From Sphyrna mokarran (taxonomy: Eukaryota), in NCBI GenBank assembly GCA_024679065.1, contig JAGIQG010000006.1, positions 60,512,001 to 60,576,000 on the forward strand: DNA of 64,000 bases. Reading direction: 5' to 3'. The notes below the pieces were generated by a model. The model had not been told where the DNA came from. It ran no database searches and saw only the letters and a program-made list of their open reading frames with translations. Positions within the stretch are counted from its first letter, which is position 1, and each line of letters starts with the position of its first letter. The position numbers and the translations under genes are program-made. This document shows positions 1 through 11,910 of the stretch, piece after piece.

Positions 1-110
1 GTAGGGATATAGGGGTAGGGCCTGGATAGGATTGTGGTCGGTGCAGACTCGATGAGCCAGATGGCCTCTTTTTGCACTGTAGGGTTTCTATTGATTTCTA
101 TGATTCTATG
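1..110 (+). mobile_element. 3' end of HE1-like elasmobranch SINE
   Basis: ggtgcagactcgatg..gatggcctct..tgcactgtagg followed by a (gattctat)n tail; same family as 2125, 22255 and 63540. Confidence 0.75.
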
Positions 111-272
111 TTAAATAATGGCCAAAGATACACCACAAGGAGAGAACAATTTCAACCATTTAGTCTGGCTGGGCCTAACAAGCGATTTGTCATCCAAATT
201 CAGCCAAAACATCTCAAATTCTGGCTGCAACTATAGTTGCTTCCATTGGAAACAGAAATAGACTTGGCACAC

Positions 273-870
273 TCATGGAATCACAGAATTGTTATGGTGT
301 AGAAGGAGGCTATTTGATCCATCATATCAGCTCCAGCTCTCAAAATGAGCATCATGACTTGGTGTCATTTCCCTGCCTTTTCCTCATAACCCTGCACATT
401 GGCCTGAATATTACCATCCCACTCAGCACAAGAATTAGAGCAGGTGAGGGGTGGACCATGGAAAATCCGTTGACCTTGGTTAGATTTTATGTTTTTAGGA
501 TGAACGAGGCTGTAAAATCCTGCCCATTGTTTCTTTTCAAGTATTCATCTAATGCTCTCTTGAATGATTGAATCTGCCTCCACCACATGTCCAAACCCAT
601 ACCATCAATGTGTGAGAAAGCTTTTTCCCACATCACACTTGCTTCTTTTACAAATCACTGTAAATCTATGCTCTCTTGTTCATAATCCTTTTACAAGTGG
701 GAATGGTTTCTCCCTATTTTTACAACCCACTCATGATTTTGAACATCTCCATCAGATCGCCTCTCAGCCTTCTTCTCTGCAAGGAGAACAGTCCCATTCT
801 CTCCAATTTTTCCTCATAACACGAAGGCTTTCATCTCTGAACCATTCCTGTAAACCTTTTCTGCACTGTG
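273..870 (-). mobile_element. CR1 LINE 3' fragment, interrupted by a MITE
   Basis: Reverse-strand CR1 tail (gaatcacagaat) and ORF2 C-terminal remnants (cctctcagccttcttctctgcaaggagaacagtcc). Confidence 0.7.
401..525. mobile_element. Harbinger/PIF-like MITE
   Basis: Imperfect TIRs GGCCTGAATATTAC / GTAAAATCCTGCCC with a 3-bp ATT duplication on both sides; relatives at 36499-36625 and 59170-59302. Confidence 0.7.
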
Positions 871-2124
871 AGCTGCTGAGCAACAGGCTTTCAAAGATCA
901 TGGAGCTGAAGGACAAGAAAAGGTTGTTCCTCAATTAGGAAGAGTGCAGTCTTTCGCACCAATCAGCTCTGCAGATGTTTACAGAGCTGACTCTTTGCTG
1001 TTTTCAAGTTTCAGCAAGGGCATGACTGGCTGGGGTGGGGGGGAAAGAAGTGTAGGGAGGCGTCAATGAGTGAGAAAACACTAGCATTAAGGGAAGAGAG
1101 ATTGGGAGATGCTGCTAGCAAAGGAAAGACATTCAAGCGCCTACTATTTATGTTAGTTGTTGTCTAGTTTTTGATTTGCTTTGAACATCCTTTCCAGCTT
1201 TTCCTATGCAGGGAAATGCCTGGTTGCTTCCAAGTCTGGGAGCACTCAGCTTAGAGGAATTTGAAATTCTGTATTTGACATGTTGCATGCACCAGGACAC
1301 CTATTTCTGTGAAATCACCCCACTCATTCATTGGAAATGGCATGACCCCAAGGATCAAAAGGTTGGAGATCCCCAATCAAATCCATAGAGGTTTGCCGCA
1401 GCAGGGCAACTGGTAGCAACAACACTACACTGGCATTGTAAATTCATCTAAATGTATACTGTTGTCAATTCTTCCAATCGAATGTACTGTCAATGCAACT
1501 GCACTGTTTCTTGTTTAGAGCCTTTATGCAAATTATCTTGTCAAATAATTTATGCGAACTGCAAAAGTAATTTTTTCAATAAGGTATAGTTTCAAAATTT
1601 CAAGCTGTTGATGGCTGCATTTGAATGAAGGGGTAATAAAAATGTTAAAGCAATGTTGTTAATTCAATAATTCTTTCTTCAAGCAACATCACAACTGGAT
1701 TTAGGAAAACTCAACACCTTTAGGGTGTTCACAACAAGCATAGTTTATAATCAATGCTGACTGACACAAAAACATTATGTGAAAATCACCAAATGTGGTT
1801 CCATTTCGATACAAGTAATTAACTGCTCCAAATACTTAAAACTGGAAAGAATATTTAGTGCAAAACTGTCATCTTCTTTCCATTACCTGCAATTTATTTT
1901 GTTTTTACAGTGTTAAATAATCTTCATAAGCTATCCTGTACATGAACAATAATACTAATTTGAATTGTATTGCAATAGTTCTTTATTTAAACAAAAGGAA
2001 ATCATTAATAAAAGCAATTTTTCACTGCTAGAGTTCCGCACTGCGGCTTAACTGGCAGTGGGGATCTGCAGGTGACCTCTCAATTCCACTGGAGAAGAAT
2101 TAAGTTAGGAAATAAATCTTAATC

Positions 2125-2450
2125 GTAGAATCATTAGAGAATTCCTACAGTGCAGAAAAGGCCGTTCGGCCCATTGAGTCTGCACCGACTATCTGACAAA
2201 GTATCTTACCCAGGCCCTCTCCCCCATCTAATTCTCCCAACACCACAAATTTACCATGACTTATCCACCTAACCTACATATCTTGGGACATTAAGGGATA
2301 ATTTAGTGTGGCCAATCTACCTAACCTCTGGAGTGTGGGAGGAAACCAAAGGAAACACATACAGATATATGGAAAACGTGCAAACTCCACACAGACAGTA
2401 ACTCGAGGCTGGAATTGAACCTGGCTCTATGAGGCAGCAATGCTAACCAA
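2125..2450 (-). mobile_element. HE1-like SINE
   Basis: Reverse-strand tRNA-like head (ggttagcattgctgcctca...ggttcaattcc) and CR1-like tail. Confidence 0.8.
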
Positions 2451-2834
2451 AGTTTTTAATATATGTAAATATATGCATAATCTTTTCAATGGTTTGTATG
2501 GCTGCACAGATTGTATTTTCAAACCAATCTTTAAATAATACCCAATTCCAAGAACTTCATTGAAATGAGATGGGTTCTGTCATTTGTTGTGTTCAGCTAA
2601 CTCAGAACAAAAAATAGTTTGAGCCTATGGCCATCCTGGTCTGTACCTCTCAGCTACTCACTGGCTTGATCAAGTTCAGCAGGATTTACACCTTTAATCT
2701 GCAAAGCTCCCAACTGTGTCTGCAGATGGTCACAAATGCTTCAACCTGGCTTCTTTCAGTAGTTCCCCCGTCATTAGTGATGACATTATGGTAACTGCCC
2801 CTAGACAAAATGTCAGCTGAAACACCATATTTAG

Positions 2835-3095
2835 CTCAAAGAAAGGTGGTTGTGGTTGTTAAAAGTTAATAATCTCAGTCAGGAGATACTCAGGATAATG
2901 CCCGAGGCCCAACCACCTTCAACTGCTTCATCAATAATCTTTCTTCTGTCATATGGTCAGAAATGGGGATGTTTGCTGATGATAGCACAATGTTCAGCAC
3001 CATTTACAACTCCTCAGATGCTGATGCAGTCCATGTCCACGTGCAGCGAGACCTGGGCAATATCAATGCTTGGGCTCAATTAGTGGGCCACAACT
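2835..3095 (+). mobile_element. LINE (CR1/L2-group) reverse transcriptase fragment
   Basis: Degenerate GPTTFNCFINNL...GMFADD...QRDLGNINAWA. Confidence 0.75.
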
Positions 3096-6000
3096 TCAGA
3101 GCTTGACAGCTTTGGATTTGGAAGTATTTCCCAAAATTGTATTGGGGAATCTCTTTCAGAAGTTCTCAGCTAAGGGTTTGCATAGCAAACTTCTGGGTAG
3201 CTATTGTAATGACCCAGATGGAATTCCCACAGAACTCCCACCCACATTCACCACCCCCCTATTCCCTCCCCAGGGAACACCCACCCCCCCCCTCATTACC
3301 ACAGTGTTACATATTCCCTCTAATGCCCCAGGAGACTCCACAAAGGTCTGACCTGACTGGAATTCCCACCGATCCTCAGGCCTTATGCTTTTCCTCCCTC
3401 CAGACCAATGGGAACCCGCTATGCAAGCCCCACCCCCCTCCCACTCTGGCCAGACACCCTCACCCCTGCAGTTACAGGAAGAGGCCTAAATACCTGAGAG
3501 ATTAGACCACAGGGAGGGGCAGTATCAATCTTTGCAACCACTTACTGAATGGTCTTACAAACATAGAGCAGAAAATAACTGACAGCAATAACCTACATTT
3601 AATCTTTAATACAGCAAAAACTGAGATGTGGACAGTAATTAAGCATTCTCATGCAGTTTGACAGTTAGTAACTTGAGAAGTTTGGTTTCAAAGTTGAGGT
3701 AGCCCTCACATATCTCGTTGGGGGAATGTCAGGGGAAATGCTGAAGAAAGGCTTGGACCAGTAGCAGTCACACGATATCAAGAGGCATTTTATAGGTGGC
3801 CATGAGTGGTCCCTTTAAAGGCCCAGACTAACTGGGCGCAGTGCAAGCTCAGCACACATAATAACCAATTTTGCTTGAGAAATATACAATTTTGATTAAG
3901 GCTTTAAGTCATATAAGCAATGTTCCCAAATGTTAAGAATGCTCAGTTCTACAATTTTCAATTGAAATTCTAACTCAGTTTAAACATGGAAGATAGGAAC
4001 TGGAGGAGGCCATTTGGCCCTTTGAGCCTGCTTTGCCATTAATTATGATTATGGCTGATCATCCAACTCAACAGACACCCCTGCTTTCTCACATAATCTT
4101 TGACCACGTTCACCTCAAGTGCTATATCTAGTCACCTTTTCTCTTTCCACAGATGCTGCCAGGCCTACTGAGCACTTTGTTTTCATTTCTTCATGACTGT
4201 TTTAAGCAGCCATTGTTCACAGCATTCAATCTGGCAGCTGACATACTGCCCAGGAATATCAGATGGAATTTAATCCGTCAGGAGCAAGGGGCAATATAAT
4301 GAATGAAGTGGTGGAGAGTGCATCGCCTTTCCCACTTCCACCAATCAAGTCCGAGGCAGGAAGATTTGAGGATGTTCTTCCCTCCTGAAGATCAGTTAAG
4401 ATTCTTCAATGGCCAAATAAGGGCTACCTAAGTGGCTCAGTCTGCATGGTACTGATGCCATGTGTACATGCTGCCAGGTATAGTCTGGAATTCCTGGCAG
4501 TGGTTGAGGTTTCAGTTCCACCTGCTTGGAGGGACTCGGGGTGTCAATGGCCTCACCTGTGGGAAGACTCCATTCTGCTCCCCCATCCTTCAAACCAATT
4601 CTCATCTCCGATCTGTCCCTGATGGACCATCCTGCTTCCTTGTATTCTGGAGCTCTATGACGGCTTCCTTCTTTGGATCTACTTCAGTATCGGCAGTGGC
4701 CACCAGACATTCAGTTTGCAGGACCTGGGACCCTGCTGGTGACTAAAGATGTGCCTGGTTCACTTTCAATCGCATTGCAATGTTTGGGAATGGCCATGTC
4801 GGAGTTGCCAATGGCTCTCTAGCTGCTGGTCATGACCACCATTATGACCACTGAGTGGCAGTGACTGTAATCGGAAGTTCGGGTTGCCAGTGCTGATCTT
4901 TTGCCCAAAACATGCGCCTAATGATTTTCAGTTTCTTCCCTGCCTTGAGTCAAAAGTTTCTTTCTCCTATCCCAACAGCTAAAATTCCAGCACACGTGAT
5001 GAATTCTTCTCTAAATTACAGTTTGCTGAAGCATTGTCTAATCGTTGTCAAGACTTATGTAACAAAATCTGCAGTCCATTCAACACCAACTGATTGGATG
5101 ATGAACAGGCTGATGTTGAGGGTAGGTCAGAGAGATCTGAAGAAATTTGACCCTACTCCATCTTGGTGTCAGCCATTGAACAGAGATTATTTGTCAGGTG
5201 CAAAATCACAACTTTTAAAGCGACAAAGGACAAGAAAAGGCACTTAGTGGAATAAATTACTTCCTGTAGGGGAGCAGGAGGGCAGACTATCCCTGCCTAC
5301 ATTAATATGGGCTTGCTGGCAGCCCATATACACTTGCATTGTTTACATTTACTTTGTGTTACAAATAAAATAAATCAAAGTAGGTAAGCAGAATTGTCAC
5401 TTTTGTCTTTACTAGCAAATTAAATCTGAATCATAGATCATAAACACATTGACTCATGAAGCACTGTTCTGGTGACAACCTGTAATGACTATAATGATTA
5501 ATCTAAGACTATAAAATAATAGTGCATTTTTGTTAAACTTCTTCATAATAATTGAGGTTGATAGCCTTAACTAATATTTGGCACCTTAAGTTGTGCACAA
5601 AATTGAGCTTGTGAATGCACAGATCCAGTGAATAGAAATTTATTAAATTTGGAAGTTGTAAAACACAAAAAAAGCCCAAATAGACCAATAATAAGACTAA
5701 TAAGGCCTCTTAGTTTACAGTTTGCTGAATATAATATGAGCATATTTTGTCAAATGCTGCTGCAAAAGAACATTTTTGTCATAGAGCAATAGTGCAGACT
5801 ACACAATACATACAAAACCTTTATTTGTGGGAATATAGCTCTCAACCTTGAGGCCAGAGAGGTTTTAAACTTTGCCCAGACTTTCATCAGCCTCCTAATC
5901 AGTGTGGAACTATTAACATCAAGCACAAGATGAAGCAACGTCTGTGGCAAGAAGCCGTTTCCCGTGTCTGTCTGAATAATAAAGTACAGATGGCTCGGCA

Positions 6001-8744
6001 ATGCAAGTCAGAATGCAGATATGACAAGAGTTCAAGTTAAATAAGATGAAAATATTATGGTACTTTTGCAGTTGAGGGAACTTTATCTGGAAACCTAAAC
6101 AAAATACTGTCTAATTATGAAGGGACACATAGATAAAAACTGTAAGTGTAAAAGACATTTTCTCAAGTTAATCTGGTAAATCAGTGATTCGGAACCACTG
6201 CCTATATGAACTATATTCATATCACCTAGACAGAGACTGCACTGGCTCCAGACATCTGGTAGCTGAGATAAGGGGGAATAGAACACAGGGGCTATCCTTG
6301 ACTCAAGCAATTGAAAGATATCATGAACTACTAAACAAGGGTCGCAAGGACATGCAGACAGAAACCACAAGGAGGAAAGAGGAAAGGGTCAAGTCCTAAA
6401 GGGAAAAACAAGGAGAGGTTTTTTTTGTACGATACTGATGAGTGATTGTTTGCTCCTCTATTTCTGTTGTTAGTAATGAATCATACTACATACTGTAAGG
6501 CCTTGGAACATTCCATACAGGGAGATGAAATGTTCAGTGGGAGGGAGGTCTTCAATACAATGGCAGCAGAAGGAAAGGTAAGACTGGAGGGTTAAATTCA
6601 TTTTCCGCAATGGTAAGTCACACAGTTAGTTTAGCACACAAAAATACAGCAGAGAGCAGCATACTCTGAAAGATTTAAAACAGAAATGGAATTTGTCCAG
6701 CCAATGTGATTGCATTTGAAGAAATAAAAGTGATTGCTATTTTTGAAACTGATTTGAAAATATTCCAGAGTATATTTAATATCAGAAGCTGCTGCACACA
6801 CATCATGCCTCGCCTACATGAAATCTGCCTGTCAGATCATTCCATTAATTCAGCAGCAAGAAAAATGCTTTTTTTAAATTTTAAAAAAAGCACAACTCAA
6901 ATGGAAGCTGATCACGTGGGTGTGATATCTCCAGGGAGCCAGGGTGTAACGCAGAAAGCAGGCGATTAACAAGAGCGAGATGTAGCAAAGCAGCAGAAGC
7001 GCAGATTCAGCAGTGGAGATGGACTTGTTGCACGTGCTTGTTTTGTGATAAATAGTGACAGGAAGAAGTTAGCAAAGTAAGAAACGTGAAGTTCTAACAC
7101 TGAAGAACTTCATGCGGCGTTGTGCAAAATAAAACTGAACAGAACTCGCAAGTGCCAACAGAAAAATCACACCACAATAATAATTTTTAAAAAAACTAAG
7201 AAATAAACAAACAAACCAACCCATTTTCCAATAAAACCATTGAGTGCAGTCAATACCAAGCTTTACCGATCATTTAGTATATTAAAAGCACACACCCACA
7301 CACCAGAATGTCAGATCCATGCAGTCACCTCTGCTACCATTGTTGTTCACCAAGAGGTAAACTGCTTCCAGCTCTGTCAGTGCAAATCATAATGATGCCC
7401 CACAGAGCACCAAAAATTAAATTGACCTTGTTAGGTGCGAATAAGGCTCTAGGGTCACTGCCATTCTCTGTAATAATCATAACTAAGCCTAAAGATAATT
7501 AAATCTAAGCGAACAGAAAACTTTGAAAGGAAATCAATTTGGACGAGGGCCAGTTAATAGTAAATCCTATCCGTGGGTCAACTTTCTCTTTATTCACAAC
7601 AGAATTACTTTTTAATGCACGTTTTCATTTGTTTCCACCCTGGTTGCTTTTAATCTTGCTGATGTAAAGCCTGACAAGTCACTCTTCTTTAGGCTTTAAC
7701 TGTCAATTAGCTAATAAAGTATGGAGGACAAAACAGAGCAGCCTTTGGATGTTCTCACATGAAGGGCCCCAATGAAAGGCCACTGACTTGAAATATCAGT
7801 TCTATTTTTTTTCTCCACAGAGACTGCCTGATCTGTTGAGTATTTCAAGCATTTTTGGTGTTTAGCTCACAAGCAGATACTTTATGGCAGTGGACACTGC
7901 ATCAAGTGAGTGAAAACCTTGACTGATTTTCAGCCTCTTCGAAGCAAAACATTGAAGAAAACTGAAGTGTCCCAACCACTTTACCAACTGATCCCAATTA
8001 TTGGATATAGATCAGGAATCAAAGCCAGGACTTCATTGTCATAAGGGTGTTTTTCCCTATCATTTGAACAATGTTTACTCCTCCTTTAACTTACCCTTTT
8101 TATAGGCATTAGTTTTACTTTTTCCCGTGGCAGTTCCTGTGCCAAGTCACTAAAGCAGACTCTGTCTCGCTCTAACTGTACAAGCAATTTTTAAAAGTTT
8201 TTAAACTTTATCTTTATGACTGTAAAGGAGTTAAAATGACTAACAGCTGTCTTAAATCAATACTAAACTCTGCTTTGTGTTGCCTACCCTGAGGTTAGTT
8301 TTCAAACTGACTAGCTTACGCCTCACTATAAATTTGATGGGCATGTTTTATTTCATTATAATTTAAAGATACTTGGCTGAAACTCACTTTTATCGCCATT
8401 CTGTTTATGCTCACTTGAACATTTTGATTAAACCACAAATTTATTGCAGGCACATGGACTATTCCTATTTAATGTAATAAATCGAACTAACACAAAATAA
8501 TGTGTTTTTTTAAGAAAGGTGCAGTTATCAATGTGTTGAGCCCCATCTTTAAGGAAAATAGCACTTTCCTCACTTTGACCGGGGGTCAACACCGAGAGCC
8601 CCTAAGCTGAAATGTGGAGTGACTGAGACATGAATATGAACATTTCCAGTTCTCAGGTAACCCACCGAGGAAGAATGGGCAACAAAGAAGAAATTAGCTT
8701 AACAAGTAAATATCAATCCAATTTGTGCACATTTTTGTATGGGA

Positions 8745-9133
8745 TTAGTGGTATTATCACTAGACTATTAATCCAGAAACTCAGCTCATGTCTGCGCACT
8801 CAGGTTTGAATCCCACCATGGCAGTTGATGGAATGTGAATTCAATCAAAAATATCTGGCATTCAGAATCTATTGATTATTATAAAAACCATTGCCGATTG
8901 CCAGAAAAATCCACTTGGTTCACTAATGTCCTTTAGAGAAGGAAATCTGCTATCTTTACCTGGTATATGACCTGGTCTGGTCTACATGTGACTTCAGAGT
9001 CACGGCAATGTGGTTGACTCTTAAATGCCCTCTGAAATGGCCTAGCGAGCCACTTAGTTTCAAGAGCAACTAGGGATGGGCTATAAATGCTGATCAGCCA
9101 GCAACACCCATGTCCCACGAATGAATAAAAAAG
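8745..9133 (+). mobile_element. tRNA-derived SINE with LINE-like 3' tail
   Basis: ggtttgaatcccaccatggca...ggttcactaatgtccttta...atgaataaaaaa; copies at 18980-19360 (+) and 30165-30930 (-). Confidence 0.75.
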
Positions 9134-9525
9134 AATACTAGAAACACATATTACGATCAGCTGTAAAATACAATGTTTTGCAGTGGGGGATGGGGAGGAA
9201 ACTGGAAACTAATTTTAGAAAAGTATTTTAAAAGAAGTTCAAGCAACCTCCATTTCCTTTTTAAAGCAGATTAAATATTAATGGTGCTAAATCTTTACTC
9301 ATAAAAATTTCTGGGATATATAAAATTGATGTATAAAATACTGCTCTTAAAAAGGATCAGTCTTATGCATAAGCTGCCTGCTTATATGAATAGTTAGGAG
9401 TGACACCAAGAACCAATTCAACCCCTATATTTTTTAAAAAAGGTATCAATTAGTTATATCCAGCTGGAAGCAGCTACCCTGCCATTTATCCCCATCACAG
9501 GAAATAAGTGCTTCCAAGGCCTTAC

Positions 9526-9687
9526 CGTTGGTATCATGGTGATTGTGTGGAGGGATGGCCATATACGGGTCTATGCTTTCTGAGGACGCAACAACATTCT
9601 TCTGATCCAGCATCCGCCCATGGGCATCATAACCCTCCTTAATTGCTGTAGGAGGGGTGGTAGTGGAAAAGGCAGAACTGAAGTGGC
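9526..9687 (-). CDS. SEMA6A: SEMA6A stalk exon, GHFSSAFSTTTPPTAIKEGYDAHGRMLDQKNVVASSESIDPYMAIPPHNHHDTN
   Basis: 162 nt, phase 1-1; CAG acceptor, GTAAGG donor; similar to human GHSSSLL...EGYESRGGMLD...HNHQD. Confidence 0.9.
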
Positions 9688-10729
9688 CTGTCATTATTGT
9701 AAACACAGTCAAGGTCATTCTATTCTACTCAGGCTAAGAATCTGAACTTTTTGGTTAAGTCAGGAAAAAAAAGCAACATCTGCTCTAGTACAACTCAATT
9801 GTCTTTTTATTTTACATCAAATAAACTTAATCTACTTTTCTTCTTTCACATTGAATCTGCAGTGAGGAATGTAGGCAACAGTGACAACTTATACCCAGCC
9901 TGCGGCACATTGTATCAGTGTGACAGAAGCTTAGAGTAACAATGACAGCAATAGAAATTCTCTTTGAAAGACGGAGAACTGCTTACTTTAAGGATTGTTA
10001 ACTATGATTTTGCCACATAATTGTGCTCCAGTCCACCAGGCCTAATCATTAAAAGGGATTTATTTTGCTTCGTGCTACAGGCTGAAAGATCACTCTGACA
10101 GGAGCATTTCATTATGACCATCAACTGTGACAGGATATATTGCTTTAGCAGCCGACCTTATTAGTGTAACTCGAGGGTGCATTTATATTACAGGAAAAAG
10201 AATTGGGGGTGGGTGAAACAGCTTGCATTGTTAATGCCTCGTTTCACGAGGTAGACCATTGTTTGAAAACAAATTACAGGGAAAAATGCACATCCTGGTT
10301 AAAAGACAATTGCCTGAAGTGTTGCCTTCCTACAAACATGATATAATGTTCACCTATGGTGGATTGTAAATTAAAATTTTCAGCACGCATAAATTCTACT
10401 TTGTAACAGCACAGAACTATTATTTGAGGTCAAGGGCAATATGATTAACTGTTAAAATTAATCTGATTTTAACACTGTTGCTCAATGTTTCTCCTTTAAT
10501 TCTCCCAATGTTATATGGGAATCTGTCCACTTTTTAGCCCTTCCATTAATATGTCAAAAATTCAGAAAAAATGACTTAAGAAATACAAAATGCTGATTTG
10601 TTTAGACACAAAAACCTCCAATATACAATATAAAGGATCTTCCAATAAGAAGTCAACAGAATAGGTAAGAAAGCCATGTTTTTTTGAAACTGTTCAGCTC
10701 TTAACTTTCTTAATTGGCAAGTGCCAACG

Positions 10730-11070
10730 TGGGATATAGTTCTGAGCCCTACAGATCAGGCAAACCATAGTCCTTTGCTGAGTTCATGTTTATCATTTGC
10801 ACTGCTACAATTCATCTTATTGCAATTGGGTTTGGAGGGCAGACGATGAATCAAAAGGCAGATTTCTTGCTCCTGATAATTATTCAGCAGCCCCTCCTAA
10901 AACAGTGCAATGTGTGTGAATGTCCGTGGAGACAGCATTGAATCAATCGTCTTTGCTATTCTCCATGAATGAATAGCCTGCCAACTGTCTGGACTCACAC
11001 ATGAAGTATAGGCACTTGAGCAAGAATCTGTGCTTGCAGGAGAGACAGCAGGGAAAAGGGAAGAAATCAA
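10730..11070 (+). mobile_element. LF-SINE-like ancient SINE
   Basis: Blocks resembling the remembered LF-SINE consensus: ctgagccctacagatcagg, gctcctgataattattcag, gaatagcctgccaactgtctggactcacacatgaag. Confidence 0.6.
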
Positions 11071-11638
11071 TAGCATGGAGGAGGGATAATAAAGCTTAGT
11101 GGCTTAGTATATTACAATCTTAGCTGCTGACAGACAAAACTCATGGCTTCACTTCATATTCTTCCATTATGTCTGGAATGATCCAAAAGTAAGGTCTTTC
11201 CCAGGACTCTATTTGTAGCAAGTTTTAACTTAAATAAATCTCTTTTAGAGGTTCATGTATTTTTTAAAAATTTGAGAACGGCACCACACGCAAGAAAGGA
11301 TCCAATATTGTAGAACTTAGGATAGTATATAATCAGCATGCCCATGCATATATATGCAATGTATTAGACAAAATAGTGCTGTTTATCATCAATCAAGGAC
11401 AGCCACTATGATAAAGCACTACAAATACTCTAATCAGTAGAACCTTGGATCTAATGTCATGCAACTGTCTGCAAAAAGCTAATTAGAAAAGTTGAACATT
11501 AACTACAAAAGACAGACAAAAAAAACAAAGTAACAAATAGCTAAATGATCTACATTGGAGGAAGGATTGATTCGAGGTTAAAATATGTGCATTCTAGAAT
11601 AAAGTCAATAAAATTGGGTTACAAAAAAAAACACTGAC

Positions 11639-11689
11639 CATGTATTGTATCACGAGACATTTCATGGCCTTGTGGAGTGGTTGAAAAGT
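11639..11689 (-). CDS. SEMA6A: SEMA6A 51-nt cassette exon, DFSTTPQGHEMSRDTIH
   Basis: ttgttttcctcttag acceptor, GTCAGT donor, phase 1-1, no stop. Aligns with the remembered 17-aa insert of the long mammalian isoform (DISTPLPDNEMSYNTVY). Confidence 0.85.
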
Positions 11690-11889
11690 CTAAGAGGAAA
11701 ACAATGGCGGAAATGAAAACAAAATGCCTCAAAAAAAAGGAAGGGAAATAAAAGATAACAGCAATAAAGCATCTTGAACATAAATAAATTCACCATAGAT
11801 AAAATATAATCAGGAATTGGGAAAGGCACAGCATGAACTAAATGCTCATGTCACCAATTAATCAAACAACAGAATCAAGGCAGACTTAC

Positions 11890-11910
11890 CATTCAGTGCC
11901 ACAAAGGAGT
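11890..11910 (-). CDS. SEMA6A: SEMA6A 21-nt microexon, NSFVALN
   Basis: ccttttccttcttgttttttgcag|ACTCCTTTGTGGCACTGAATG|gtaagt; phase 1-1; peptide identical to remembered human sequence. Confidence 0.93.

Noticed and set aside
1526-1533. Isolated octamer ATGCAAAT
   Set aside because: A single 8-mer in AT-rich DNA is expected by chance.
6570-6620. Two plus-strand donor-like sites (aagGTAAGA, atgGTAAGT) hinting at an antisense transcript
   Set aside because: No matching acceptor or promoter evidence; such motifs are expected by chance in 64 kb.
1-9525. Expected terminal exon (TM helix plus ~400-aa tail)
   Set aside because: No long minus-strand ORF and no VPVTLLAIAVILAF-like sequence was found; it presumably lies left of the window.
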